A stretch of 32,000 nt of DNA from Halomicronema hongdechloris C2206 (GTDB lineage Bacteria > Cyanobacteriota > Cyanobacteriia > Phormidesmidales > Phormidesmidaceae), in NCBI RefSeq assembly GCF_002075285.3, contig NZ_CP021983.2, positions 5,430,001 to 5,462,000 on the forward strand. Reading direction: 5' to 3'. Shown here one piece after another: positions 18,088 to 26,099 of this stretch. The position numbers were made by a program, and so were the translations under genes. Position 1 is the first letter of the stretch. Each line of letters starts with the position of its first letter. The notes under the pieces are model-generated. The model was given only the letters and a program-made list of their open reading frames with translations. It did not search any database and was not told the origin of the DNA.

Positions 18088-18533
18088 CCTTGGATGGCAA
18101 CGGCTAGATGAAAAGGGGTGTGATAGGCTATGGCCTATGCCTAGAGTACAGCCCACTGAACTCGGGTAAAAGTGTTCCAGCTATAGCCACCGCTACAATG
18201 CTTTGGGCGGTGGCGAGCCAGTCAGCCCCCCTAGACTGGGCTATTGGACGATTAACCATGGCCTAAGCTGACTGGCCAGCGCTATAATACTCGTCCAAGG
18301 GCTGGCTGAACCGGCCAGATAGGCTGAGTGCAATAGCCTAAACCAGGATATTTTCTAGATGGAATACTCTAAGAGGACATTTGAAAACTCGGCTGAAAGC
18401 CCTGTAGGGTAAGCATTTTAGAGCGCATGGCTCTGTTGGCCAGAATCCAGTCTGGAGCAAGGTTGCAGGGTACTTTCCAAATATCCTCTACGGGTGATTA
18501 GGCTACGGCGGGTAGTATGAGGAGAGCATCGCC

Positions 18534-19613
18534 ATGGTGAAGCAGCGCATCGGCCTTCTATTCGGTGGCTGTTCTGGTGAACATGAGGTCTCAATTGCCT
18601 CGGCCCGGGCCATTGCTGAGGCATTAGCCAAGGATGGTAATGACAATGCCTACGAGGTCCGGCTGGTCTATATTGCCAAGGATGGCAGTTGGCATGGTCC
18701 TGAGACGGCTGAACAGGTACTGCAGACCGCTGAACCACTGGTGACTCGTGGCAACGGAGGGGCGACTCTGGCGCGTTTGCCAGTATTGGAGCAGGTGAAC
18801 CAGATTGATGTTTGGTTCCCCATTCTCCATGGTCCCAACGGAGAAGACGGTACCGTGCAGGGAGTGTTGACGCTGATGCAGCAGCCTTTTGTCGGCTCAG
18901 GGGTGCTGGGATCGGCTCTAGGCATGGATAAAATCGCCATGAAGATGGCCTTTGCCCAGGCAGGGTTGCCCCAGGTGGATTATATGGCCGTTAATCGTTC
19001 TCAGGTCTGGTCCAATGCCTGTGTGTTGCCAAAGCTATGCGATCGCATCGAAGCCCAACTCGGCTATCCCTGCTTCGTCAAACCGGCCAACCTGGGCTCC
19101 TCGGTCGGGATCTCGAAGGTGCGGTCTCGAGATCAGCTGGAAACAGCCCTAGATAATGCTGCCAGTTATGATCGGCGACTGATTGTAGAAGCGGCGGTAA
19201 CCGCCCGGGAAGTAGAGTGTGCTGTTCTCGGTAATGATATGCCTCAGGCCTCCGTGGTCGGGGAGATCAGCTTTGACAGCGACTTCTACGACTACGATAC
19301 CAAATACACTGCCGGCCAAGCGGCCTTACAGATCCCGGCTCCCTTGCCAGAGACCATCAGCCGCCAGATTCAAGCGTATGCCGTTCAGGCTGTGCAGGCG
19401 GTCGACGCGGCCGGCTTAGCTCGCGTCGATTTCTTCTATGTGGAAACCACTGGCCAGGTGCTGATCAACGAGATCAATACTCTGCCGGGGTTTACCGCCA
19501 CGAGCATGTATCCCCGACTGTGGCAGGCTAGCGGCCTGTCCTTTCCAGCCCTGGTGGATCGCCTGATCCAGCTGGCCTTAGCGCGGGCCCGGGAAACGCC
19601 TCGTTCTCGTTAG
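18534..19613 (+). CDS. ddl: D-alanine--D-alanine ligase
   Basis: 359-aa ORF with [20 protein letters not shown] and ATP-grasp motifs ([28 protein letters not shown]). A GAGGAG Shine-Dalgarno sequence precedes the ATG. Confidence 0.95.
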   Translation: MVKQRIGLLFGGCSGEHEVSIASARAIAEALAKDGNDNAYEVRLVYIAKDGSWHGPETAEQVLQTAEPLVTRGNGGATLARLPVLEQVNQIDVWFPILHGPNGEDGTVQGVLTLMQQPFVGSGVLGSALGMDKIAMKMAFAQAGLPQVDYMAVNRSQVWSNACVLPKLCDRIEAQLGYPCFVKPANLGSSVGISKVRSRDQLETALDNAASYDRRLIVEAAVTAREVECAVLGNDMPQASVVGEISFDSDFYDYDTKYTAGQAALQIPAPLPETISRQIQAYAVQAVQAVDAAGLARVDFFYVETTGQVLINEINTLPGFTATSMYPRLWQASGLSFPALVDRLIQLALARARETPRSR

Positions 19614-19690
19614 TGGCGCCTCGTTAGTAGCGGCCCCCTGGCTGTCAGGTGGCTAGGTGCGTAAGGATGAGCGAAAGCGACTGCTCTCAA

Positions 19691-21247
19691 TTACTCAGAG
19701 ATCTCTGAGCCAGCCTCGCTGTAGAGAGAATTCAGGTATCGTTCCACCTTAGGCTTCAGCCGTTGATTGAGTTCCGTGCGCAGCAAATCTTTACTATCAG
19801 AGGGACTGCCCACCGACGGATGAACGCGGGCCGCCATCACCCATTCCTGCAGTAGCTTTTTCTGAGTTTCCTCAATATGACAGTTCAACACATGGGCACA
19901 GCGCTGGGGCGCTTCTAGGGCAAACAGGAGCAACTTGTACTCCCCAGAACGGCCCAATAGAAACGCCATTTCTTGCCCGGAAGATGCCTTGAGATCCAGA
20001 TAGCACGGTAACCAACGGGGACCATGCTGACTACTAAAAAGTGCGGTCAACCACAATGCCATGGGATGGGGAGACAGGGTGCAAATAAAGGTGTTGTACC
20101 GAGTGCTAATCAGCCGTCGCTCTATTTCTCGCTGGGGCATCATGGCCCACAAGGTTGCCAAGGATCCACTACTGGTAGGCAAAGGGTGAGGAAATACAAT
20201 CTCAGCTACCGGCTTGGTCTTAGGCCAGCTGGTGAGGCGGCAAATCCGCTCCGCCTTGGGCAGGGAATCTGAGACCTCTGGTTGGCGAGTAACGGGTACT
20301 CGCGACAACGTGGCTCCAATCCGCTGCCCGATGCGAAACCCGCCGCCAAATCGCTGCTCTAGAGGTTCTAACGCCTCCAGAATTTCCATGATGGTTTGGG
20401 GACGTTGCTCCGGCTTCTTCTTTAGGCAAGTCATGATCAAGGTGTCTAGCCGTTTTGGTACCTTGAGCTGCGGATCTGCCTGGGTCAGGGTTTGCGGCGT
20501 TTGGGAATGATGCACCTTATACCAACCCCCGAAGGTATGGCTATTAGCCCGCAGGGGGAGCTTGCCGGTTAACATCTGGAACATCATGATCCCCAGACTA
20601 TAGATATCCGAGCGCCGGTCCAGCTCCTGCCCTTCCATCTGCTCGGGAGAGGCATAGGCCAGGGTGCCCATGAAACAATTGGTCTGATCACCATCACTCT
20701 GCATTAGCTTGGCAATGCCGAAGTCAAGCACCTTGGCCAACTCTCCCAGGGTCGGATCCTGGGTAATCAGAATATTGCTGGGTTTGATATCGCGATGGAT
20801 GATCGGAATAGGGACCTGTTGCCCCTTTAGCAAAATGCCATCATGGGCTGTCTTCAGCCCTAAACAAATCTGCCGAGTCAACCCCAAGAACCGAGGGACT
20901 GGTAGCGGTTGCAGGTTAATGAGATGGCTGAGACTCTGACCGCGAAGATATTCCATCACGTAGAAGGGAATACCATCATCACTGACTCCGTAGTCTGTTA
21001 CCCGCACCACGTGAATGCTATTAAGGCCCAACTGGGCGCAGGTCATGGCCTCTTGCACAAACCGCTCCTGCATCTTGTGATTAAGCAGGGTCTGGGACAA
21101 AAACTTAACGGCGACTTTGACGTTGCCGAGTAGGGTGTCGTCCGCTAAGTACACTTTGCCCATGGACCCCTGGCCAATAGGCTCGACCAACTCGTAGCGA
21201 TTGGCCAATTTGCGTCCTAGATTGGGGTCAGTTGTAGACTCAGCCAT
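19691..21247 (-). CDS. Hanks-type Ser/Thr protein kinase with an uncharacterised C-terminal domain of about 220 aa
   Basis: The kinase motifs are GQGSMGKVY, VAVKFL, HRDIKPSNIL, DFGIAK and SPEQ. I recognise no family for residues from about 300 to 518. Confidence 0.9.
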   Translation of the reverse strand: MAESTTDPNLGRKLANRYELVEPIGQGSMGKVYLADDTLLGNVKVAVKFLSQTLLNHKMQERFVQEAMTCAQLGLNSIHVVRVTDYGVSDDGIPFYVMEYLRGQSLSHLINLQPLPVPRFLGLTRQICLGLKTAHDGILLKGQQVPIPIIHRDIKPSNILITQDPTLGELAKVLDFGIAKLMQSDGDQTNCFMGTLAYASPEQMEGQELDRRSDIYSLGIMMFQMLTGKLPLRANSHTFGGWYKVHHSQTPQTLTQADPQLKVPKRLDTLIMTCLKKKPEQRPQTIMEILEALEPLEQRFGGGFRIGQRIGATLSRVPVTRQPEVSDSLPKAERICRLTSWPKTKPVAEIVFPHPLPTSSGSLATLWAMMPQREIERRLISTRYNTFICTLSPHPMALWLTALFSSQHGPRWLPCYLDLKASSGQEMAFLLGRSGEYKLLLFALEAPQRCAHVLNCHIEETQKKLLQEWVMAARVHPSVGSPSDSKDLLRTELNQRLKPKVERYLNSLYSEAGSEISE

Positions 21248-21419
21248 ATAACTTAGGGGGGTGTCTGTAATGAGCTACAGTCCAATGAGAGCAGAATCCG
21301 GTTTTTGGGGACAATTAACCGGGAAAATACTGAAGCCACCTCGTCAATTTTGACACATCAATGGGTGCCAAGCTCGCTGTTCCTTATTGTGTCTCCTCAT
21401 TGTGTCTATGAGTCGATGC

Positions 21420-22022
21420 TTAATCTCCCTGATGCTTTAAGGTGGCTTCCATGGCACTGGTCAAATAATGCCCAGCCATAATTCCACTAGATAAGTGATA
21501 GCATCCTTGATCTAAACAATAGAGGGTTTCGAAGCCAGTGCGTCGCTGTCGGTCGCCTAAGGCCCAATACCGTTGCACGATCGACTCGGGGGCAACCCAC
21601 CCTTCCCCTTCCACTCGACCCAGCAGGCTATGTTGCAGTACAAACGTGTATTGGCGCTCGGTACTGGTCAATCGGCCTCGATATTGCAGGGCGATTTCGG
21701 GGCGGTCTGATTCAGGGAAGATCAGTTTCATCACCATGGTGAACCAGTCATCTCGGCTCCAAGCAATCAAAATTTTGCCTTTAACCGAAATGGGCAGGGT
21801 ATCGCGCTCTAGCCAATTACCCTGCAGTGTCCAACGTCCTGGCTCAAGTAAAAAACTGTGCGTCACGAGTCGCTCCCTGACAGTATCCTGGGTAGCTCCG
21901 GTAAGCCACCCCAGAGACTCCCAATGATTTCCAGGATAATGGGAGTTGACCGCCAGCGGGCAGGGGATTGACGCCACTTTACAGAATCGGCATGCAAGAT
22001 CAGCCACTGTCATTAAGGCCAC
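21420..22022 (-). CDS. Hypothetical protein (200 aa at most; start uncertain)
   Basis: The ORF is open from GTG 22022. ATG 22013 and an internal GTG at VTHSFLLEPGRW are possible starts. The sequence looks beta-rich and I recognise no family. It lies upstream of the kinase on the same strand. Confidence 0.5.
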   Translation of the reverse strand: MALMTVADLACRFCKVASIPCPLAVNSHYPGNHWESLGWLTGATQDTVRERLVTHSFLLEPGRWTLQGNWLERDTLPISVKGKILIAWSRDDWFTMVMKLIFPESDRPEIALQYRGRLTSTERQYTFVLQHSLLGRVEGEGWVAPESIVQRYWALGDRQRRTGFETLYCLDQGCYHLSSGIMAGHYLTSAMEATLKHQGD

Positions 22023-22093
22023 ACTGCATTACCTGGGCCAAAGCACTCTCGCCCAGAGGCTCTCGCTCCCTGCAGTTTTTATGGGGCAAACTG

Positions 22094-22309
22094 CTTGTGG
22101 TGAGCGAAGTCGAACTACTTGTGGTGAGCGAAGTCGAACTACTTGTGGTGAGCGAAGTCGAACTACTTGTGGTGAGCGAAGTCGAACTACTTGTGATGAG
22201 CGAAGTCGAACTACTTGTGATGAGCGAAGTCGAACTACTTGTGATGAGCGAAGTCGAACTACTTGTGATGAGCGTAGTCGAACTACTTGTGATGAGCGTA
22301 GTCGAATCA
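22094..22309. repeat. Tandem array, 9 x 24 nt, unit CTTGTGRTGAGCGWAGTCGAACTA
   Basis: The copies are head-to-tail with no spacers. Units 1-4 have R=G and W=A, units 5-7 have R=A and W=A, and units 8-9 have R=A and W=T. The last unit ends AATCA. Four of the six frames are open across the array, which explains the overlapping ORFs in the track. Confidence 0.95.
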
Positions 22310-22372
22310 CCGCCCTGGATCCCGTGGATGGGTTGGTCGATCAGCCGTTGTGGATGCGTCGCATCGGCCAGG
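22303..22372. repeat. 70-nt direct repeat, copy A
   Basis: CGAATCACCGCCCTGGATCCCGTGGATGGG...GATGCGTCGCATCGGCCAGG. The first 30 nt match copy B at 27/30. The last ~20 nt match with one-base indels. The middle shares TTGGTCG.TCA at a shifted position. Confidence 0.8.
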
Positions 22373-22425
22373 CATGCTAGACCTCGATAAGACCACACTT
22401 AAATCGTGTCGCTCGGGGTGCTCAC

Positions 22426-22449
22426 CCGAGGGGATTTCGTTCCCCTCGG
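22426..22449. other. Perfect 9-bp hairpin that competes with an upstream 6-bp hairpin
   Basis: CCGAGGGGA (22426-22434) pairs with TCCCCTCGG (22441-22449) around loop TTTCGT. The 5' arm overlaps CCCGAG (22425-22430), which can instead pair with CTCGGG (22412-22417). Confidence 0.6.
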
Positions 22450-22465
22450 ACTCCGACGACCAGGG

Positions 22466-22535
22466 CGAACCACCGCCCTGGACCCCGTGGAAGGGCCATT
22501 TGATTGGTCGTTCAAGATCGCGTCGCATCGGCAGG
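22466..22535. repeat. 70-nt direct repeat, copy B
   Basis: CGAACCACCGCCCTGGACCCCGTGGAAGGG...GATCGCGTCGCATCGGCAGG. Its first bases form the 3' arm of the hairpin CAGGGCG (22461-22467) / CGCCCTG (22474-22480). Confidence 0.8.
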
Positions 22536-22597
22536 GTAGCGAGGGGCTTTTCTACCTGACTATGTAGGCCAGAGCAGAGACAGACGTGGGCAGGCAA

Positions 22598-22683
22598 GAG
22601 AGTTTTGACTGTTGACTGTTGAGGGTTGAATTCAATCCTTACCGGGAGAACTCAAAACTCAACCCTAAGACCTTAAAACTCTC
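22598..22683. repeat. Imperfect inverted repeat containing an STRR3-like heptamer pair
   Basis: GAGAGTTTT (22598-22606) pairs with AAAACTCTC (22675-22683). GAGTTTTGA (22600-22608) pairs with TCAAAACTC (22652-22660). AGGGTTGA (22622-22629) pairs with TCAACCCT (22659-22666). GACTGTT x2 at 22607-22620 is the reverse complement of (CAACAGT)2. Confidence 0.6.
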
Positions 22684-22843
22684 CTCCTCCGCTCTCCGTT
22701 TTCCCTTTCCCCATCACTCCTAAGCCCTGCGGGCAGGCTCCGCCTTTCTTGAATGCCGTTAGGCTATACACCCCATCACCCTCTACTCTCCGTCCTCCGT
22801 TTTCCTTTTCCCCATCTCCCCACCTCTCCGCTCTCCATTCTCC
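22681..22843. repeat. STRR-like CT-rich heptamer arms flanking the 25-nt core (inverted relative to the 3536-3560 copy)
   Basis: The arms are at 22681-22719 and 22771-22843 (CCCCATC, TCCCCAC, CTCTCCG, CTCTCCA, TTCTCCT...). The core CTAAGCCCTGCGGGCAGGCTCCGCC is at 22720-22744. The element abuts the anmK stop codon. Confidence 0.75.
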
Positions 22844-24001
22844 TTATGCCTGAAGCTGGACCGGTTCACTGAGCTGCCCTAGCAGCATGGGCCGCTGCGC
22901 CCCGGTTACGGTGGGAACATTGCCGGGAAAGTTCTGCTGTCGCCAGTAGCCCAGCACCGCAAAGGCAATGGCTTCCTTGAAGTCGGTGGGGAGCCCGGCC
23001 TGGTCGGTCGTCAGCAATGGAATTGGATCTAAATGGGCGGCTAACCGCTGCATCAGGTAATGGTTACGGCTCCCCCCCCCACAGACGAAGACCTCATCGG
23101 GGGGCTCTGTCAAGAAGGTGCGATAGCTGTGAGCAATGGACACCGCGGTGAGTTCACTCAGGCTGGCGAGACAATCGGCGGGAGAAAGCTGATAGGTGTC
23201 AGCCGCTGCCAAGCAGGTATCCAGATAGTGCCAGCCGAATAGCTCTCGCCCGGTCGATTTCGGCGGCGGCTGGTGGAAGAAGGGATGCCCCATCCAGTGC
23301 TCGACTAGGGCCTGACAAACGGTGCCTTGGGCGGCCCAGGCGCCATTTTGGTCGTAGCTGAGCTGTCCCTGGGAGAAGCGCTGGACGGCAATGTCTAACA
23401 GGGTGTTGCCGGGGCCGGTGTCCCACCCCCAGAGCTCTGGCCAGTGTTCTCCAGCTCGATGTCGATCCCAGGGGGGGAGATAGGTGACGTTGCTGATGCC
23501 GCCAATGTTTTGAACGCAGCGTCTGTGCTGGGGATGACTCAGCAAACAGGCGTCAAGGGCAGAGACTAGGGGCGCCCCTTGCCCCCCGGCGGCAATATCA
23601 GCAGTACGAAAATCACTGATAGTGGGGAGCCCGGTGAGACGCGCAATCTCGGCCCCCCGCCCCAATTGGATGCTGTAGCCTAGCCCAGCTTGTCGGGGAC
23701 GATGAAAGACAGTCTGTCCATGGGAGGCGATGAGCTCTGCCTCTCCAGCGTTGGCCTGGAGACTGAGGACCGCATCGGCGAAGACGCTGGCTACGGTATC
23801 GTCTAAATCGGCTAGATCCTCTAAGGAGAGGGCTTGACCAGCACAGATTTCCAGCAGGTGCGATCGCACCGGCTCTGGATAGGGATAGGTCATTCCCGCC
23901 AGCCAGTGCACCGCAATGGTGCGGCCAAAGCCATGAATCTCCACCAGGGCAGCATCAATGCCATCGGCAGAGGTGCCACTGATCAAACCAAGGACACGCA
24001 T
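22844..24001 (-). CDS. anmK: Anhydro-N-acetylmuramic acid kinase
   Basis: 385-aa ORF with the AnmK N-terminus MRVLGLISGTSADGIDAALVEI, NIGGISN and a TGPGN-type motif (DTGPGNTLLD). Confidence 0.9.
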   Translation of the reverse strand: MRVLGLISGTSADGIDAALVEIHGFGRTIAVHWLAGMTYPYPEPVRSHLLEICAGQALSLEDLADLDDTVASVFADAVLSLQANAGEAELIASHGQTVFHRPRQAGLGYSIQLGRGAEIARLTGLPTISDFRTADIAAGGQGAPLVSALDACLLSHPQHRRCVQNIGGISNVTYLPPWDRHRAGEHWPELWGWDTGPGNTLLDIAVQRFSQGQLSYDQNGAWAAQGTVCQALVEHWMGHPFFHQPPPKSTGRELFGWHYLDTCLAAADTYQLSPADCLASLSELTAVSIAHSYRTFLTEPPDEVFVCGGGSRNHYLMQRLAAHLDPIPLLTTDQAGLPTDFKEAIAFAVLGYWRQQNFPGNVPTVTGAQRPMLLGQLSEPVQLQA

Positions 24002-24012
24002 AGGGTACCGCT

Positions 24013-24771
24013 TTACATGGGCAGACGATCGATGCCTTTATTACTGCCAATCACTACCAACACTCCCCCCGATTTTAGACGGGTCACCGGACTGGGGTTG
24101 ATCTCAAACTTTTCCCGTTGGGCATCTTGACTAACGGCGAGCACGGTGAGCCCAAAACGATTGCGGAGATCCAAATCAACGATGGTTTTTTGGTCAAACG
24201 CTTTGGGAACTACAACTTCTACGATGCTATTGTCCGGATCGATCTCAAAGCGATCGAGAATACCAGGGCGGGTTAGGGAGCGAGCCAGTTCGCAGCCCAT
24301 CTCATGTTCTGGAAAGACGACATGATCGGCACCGACTCGTCGCAGTAACTTGCCATGAATCTCCGAAGACGCCTTAGCCACCACGTGGGGCACCCCTGAC
24401 TCCTTCACATTCAACGTGGTGATCACACTCTCTTCTACGTAGTTGCCGATAGCCACGATCACCGTATCGAAGTCAAAGATGCCAGCCTCCCGCAAGGCAC
24501 TCGGTTGCGTTGAGTCTAGTTGAATGGCATGGGCCGCGATCCGATCTGTCAGCACTTGGGTCACGCGCCGTTCATCATGATCGATGGCTAGGACCTCATA
24601 ACCTAGGCCGTGCAGGGTAATACAAACGGCGCGGCCAAAGCGTCCCAATCCAATTACCACAAACTGGCGGTTGGAAGTGCGGAGATTTCGAAAAAATGAC
24701 AGGGACGATAGATTCACAGCCAAGACTCCTAGGGAATAGACCGTTGGCCACGCCAGCAAACCACTCTCCAT
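24013..24771 (-). CDS. ktrA: TrkA/KtrA-family potassium-uptake regulatory (RCK) protein
   Basis: RCK_N Rossmann motif FVVIGLGRFGRAVCITL followed by a TrkA-C domain. The start may be the GTG at 24717 rather than the ATG at 24771. The gene lies 11 nt upstream of anmK. Confidence 0.8.
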   Translation of the reverse strand: MESGLLAWPTVYSLGVLAVNLSSLSFFRNLRTSNRQFVVIGLGRFGRAVCITLHGLGYEVLAIDHDERRVTQVLTDRIAAHAIQLDSTQPSALREAGIFDFDTVIVAIGNYVEESVITTLNVKESGVPHVVAKASSEIHGKLLRRVGADHVVFPEHEMGCELARSLTRPGILDRFEIDPDNSIVEVVVPKAFDQKTIVDLDLRNRFGLTVLAVSQDAQREKFEINPSPVTRLKSGGVLVVIGSNKGIDRLPM

Positions 24772-24851
24772 TATGGGACCAATGGGCAGCCTCCATCGCT
24801 GCTTATCCCCCTGCTTTTTTGCTACCCTAGCCTAATGGTCTTGGGTTAGAA

Positions 24852-26021
24852 ATGGACGTGAATATTCAACTTGGTCGCGGTAAGACAGTCCGCAGAGCGT
24901 ATGGCATTGACGAAATCGCGCTCGTTCCTGGCCCTCGCACACTCGACCCCCAGTTAGCGGACACCCGCTGGCAGCTAGGGAACATTGAGCGGCAGATTCC
25001 CATCATTGCCAGTGCCATGGATGGGGTTGTCGATGTGCGGATGGCGGTCTTGTTGTCTGAATTGGGGGCCCTAGGGGTCTTAAACCTAGAGGGTATTCAG
25101 ACTCGCTACGAGGATCCAGACCCTGTTTTAGACAAAATTGCAGCCGTGGGCAAAGACGAGTTTGTCCCCCTGATGCAACAGCTGTATTCCCAACCTGTGA
25201 AGCCGGAGCTGATTCAAGCCCGAATTCAAGAAATTAAAGGGCAAGGAGGCATTGCTGCCGTCAGTGCCACGCCTGTAGGTGCCATGCGCTTTGGCCAAGC
25301 CGTGGCCGAGGCAGGGGCAGACCTCTTCTTTGTCCAGGCCACGGTGGTTTCGACGGCCCACCTCTCTCCTGAATCCTCTGAACTACTGGACCTAACCCAG
25401 TTTTGTAGCACCATGCCAATCCCAGTGATCCTGGGCAACTGCGTCACCTACGACGTCGCGCTGAACTTGATGAAGGCAGGAGCAGCTGGGGTATTGGTGG
25501 GCATTGGTCCTGGTGCCGCCTGCACCTCCCGAGGAGTATTAGGGGTCGGCGTTCCTCAAGCCACGGCAGTAGCCGACTGTGCTGCAGCCCGACAAGACTA
25601 CGAGCAGGAGGCTGGACGGTATGTGCCTGTCATTGCCGATGGTGGTCTGGTGACGGGAGGAGACATCTGTAAGTGTATTGCCTGTGGTGCCGATGCCGTC
25701 ATGATCGGCTCGCCCTTTGCCCGGGCTGCTGAAGCCCCTGGGCGGGGATTTCACTGGGGCATGGCGACTCCGAGTCCGTTGCTCCCTCGAGGTACTCGCA
25801 TTCGAGTGGGAACGACGGGCACCCTGGAGCAAATTTTGCGGGGGCCGGCTCAACTCGATGATGGCACCCATAATTTTCTCGGGGCCTTGCAAACTAGCAT
25901 GGGCACCCTGGGAGCTAAAACCCTGACGGATATGCAACAGGTGGATGTGGTGATTGCCCCGTCCCTGTTGACAGAGGGCAAAGTGTATCAGAAGGCTCAA
26001 CAACTCGGGATGGGGAAATAA
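24852..26021 (+). CDS. GuaB3-type IMP dehydrogenase-related protein (lacks the CBS pair)
   Basis: 389-aa ORF with AYGIDEIALVPG, a TIM-barrel IMPDH/GMPR-like core (IADGGLVTGGDICKCIACGADAVMIGS) and no CBS insertion. Confidence 0.85.
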   Translation: MDVNIQLGRGKTVRRAYGIDEIALVPGPRTLDPQLADTRWQLGNIERQIPIIASAMDGVVDVRMAVLLSELGALGVLNLEGIQTRYEDPDPVLDKIAAVGKDEFVPLMQQLYSQPVKPELIQARIQEIKGQGGIAAVSATPVGAMRFGQAVAEAGADLFFVQATVVSTAHLSPESSELLDLTQFCSTMPIPVILGNCVTYDVALNLMKAGAAGVLVGIGPGAACTSRGVLGVGVPQATAVADCAAARQDYEQEAGRYVPVIADGGLVTGGDICKCIACGADAVMIGSPFARAAEAPGRGFHWGMATPSPLLPRGTRIRVGTTGTLEQILRGPAQLDDGTHNFLGALQTSMGTLGAKTLTDMQQVDVVIAPSLLTEGKVYQKAQQLGMGK

Positions 26022-26088
26022 GTCTCTTAAGAAATAAGAAGTTGCTGAGATGCGATCGCAAAAGTGGCAGATTTTCAACTGTCACATA

Positions 26089-26094
26089 TACAAT
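26089..26094 (+). promoter_or_regulatory. -10 element TACAAT for yfr1
   Basis: The hexamer lies 6-7 nt upstream of the first base that can enter stem 1 of Yfr1. No clear -35 element is present. Confidence 0.5.
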
Positions 26095-26099
26095 AAAAG

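Noticed and set aside
18128-18259. A 43-aa minus-strand small ORF (MVNRPIAQSRGADWLATAQSIVAVAIAGTLLPEFSGLYSRHRP) convergent with the candidate sRNA, which could hint at a type I toxin-antitoxin pair.
   Set aside because: It has only one moderately hydrophobic stretch, no SD and no overlap with the sRNA candidate, and I recognise no family. The evidence is too weak to call.
22094-22309. CRISPR array.
   Set aside because: The repeats abut directly with no spacers, the unit is only 24 nt, and there are no cas genes in the window.
22190-22309. Hammerhead-ribozyme-like or C-box-like GUGAUGAGCG...CGAA in units 5-9.
   Set aside because: The core would need CUGAUGA, and the first base here is G. No credible stem II or stems I/III can be drawn. 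C/D-box sRNAs are not a bacterial feature.
22296-22320. tRNA T-arm-like GTCGAATCA. A similar GGATTCAAACC lies inside the cyclase gene near 11140.
   Set aside because: No acceptor, D or anticodon arms can be built around either site. I found no tRNA in the window.
21946-22398. Four overlapping ORFs (two per strand, 93-144 aa) across the 24-nt array, giving peptides such as TCGERSRT, LLVVSEVE, SSTSLTTS and VRLRSPQV repeats.
   Set aside because: They are a by-product of a stop-free 24-nt period, with four of the six frames open. They overlap each other and the 5' end of the 21420-22022 ORF. They have no SD or start context, and the unit variants are non-synonymous. The S/T-rich frame is kept only as a testable alternative in the finding.
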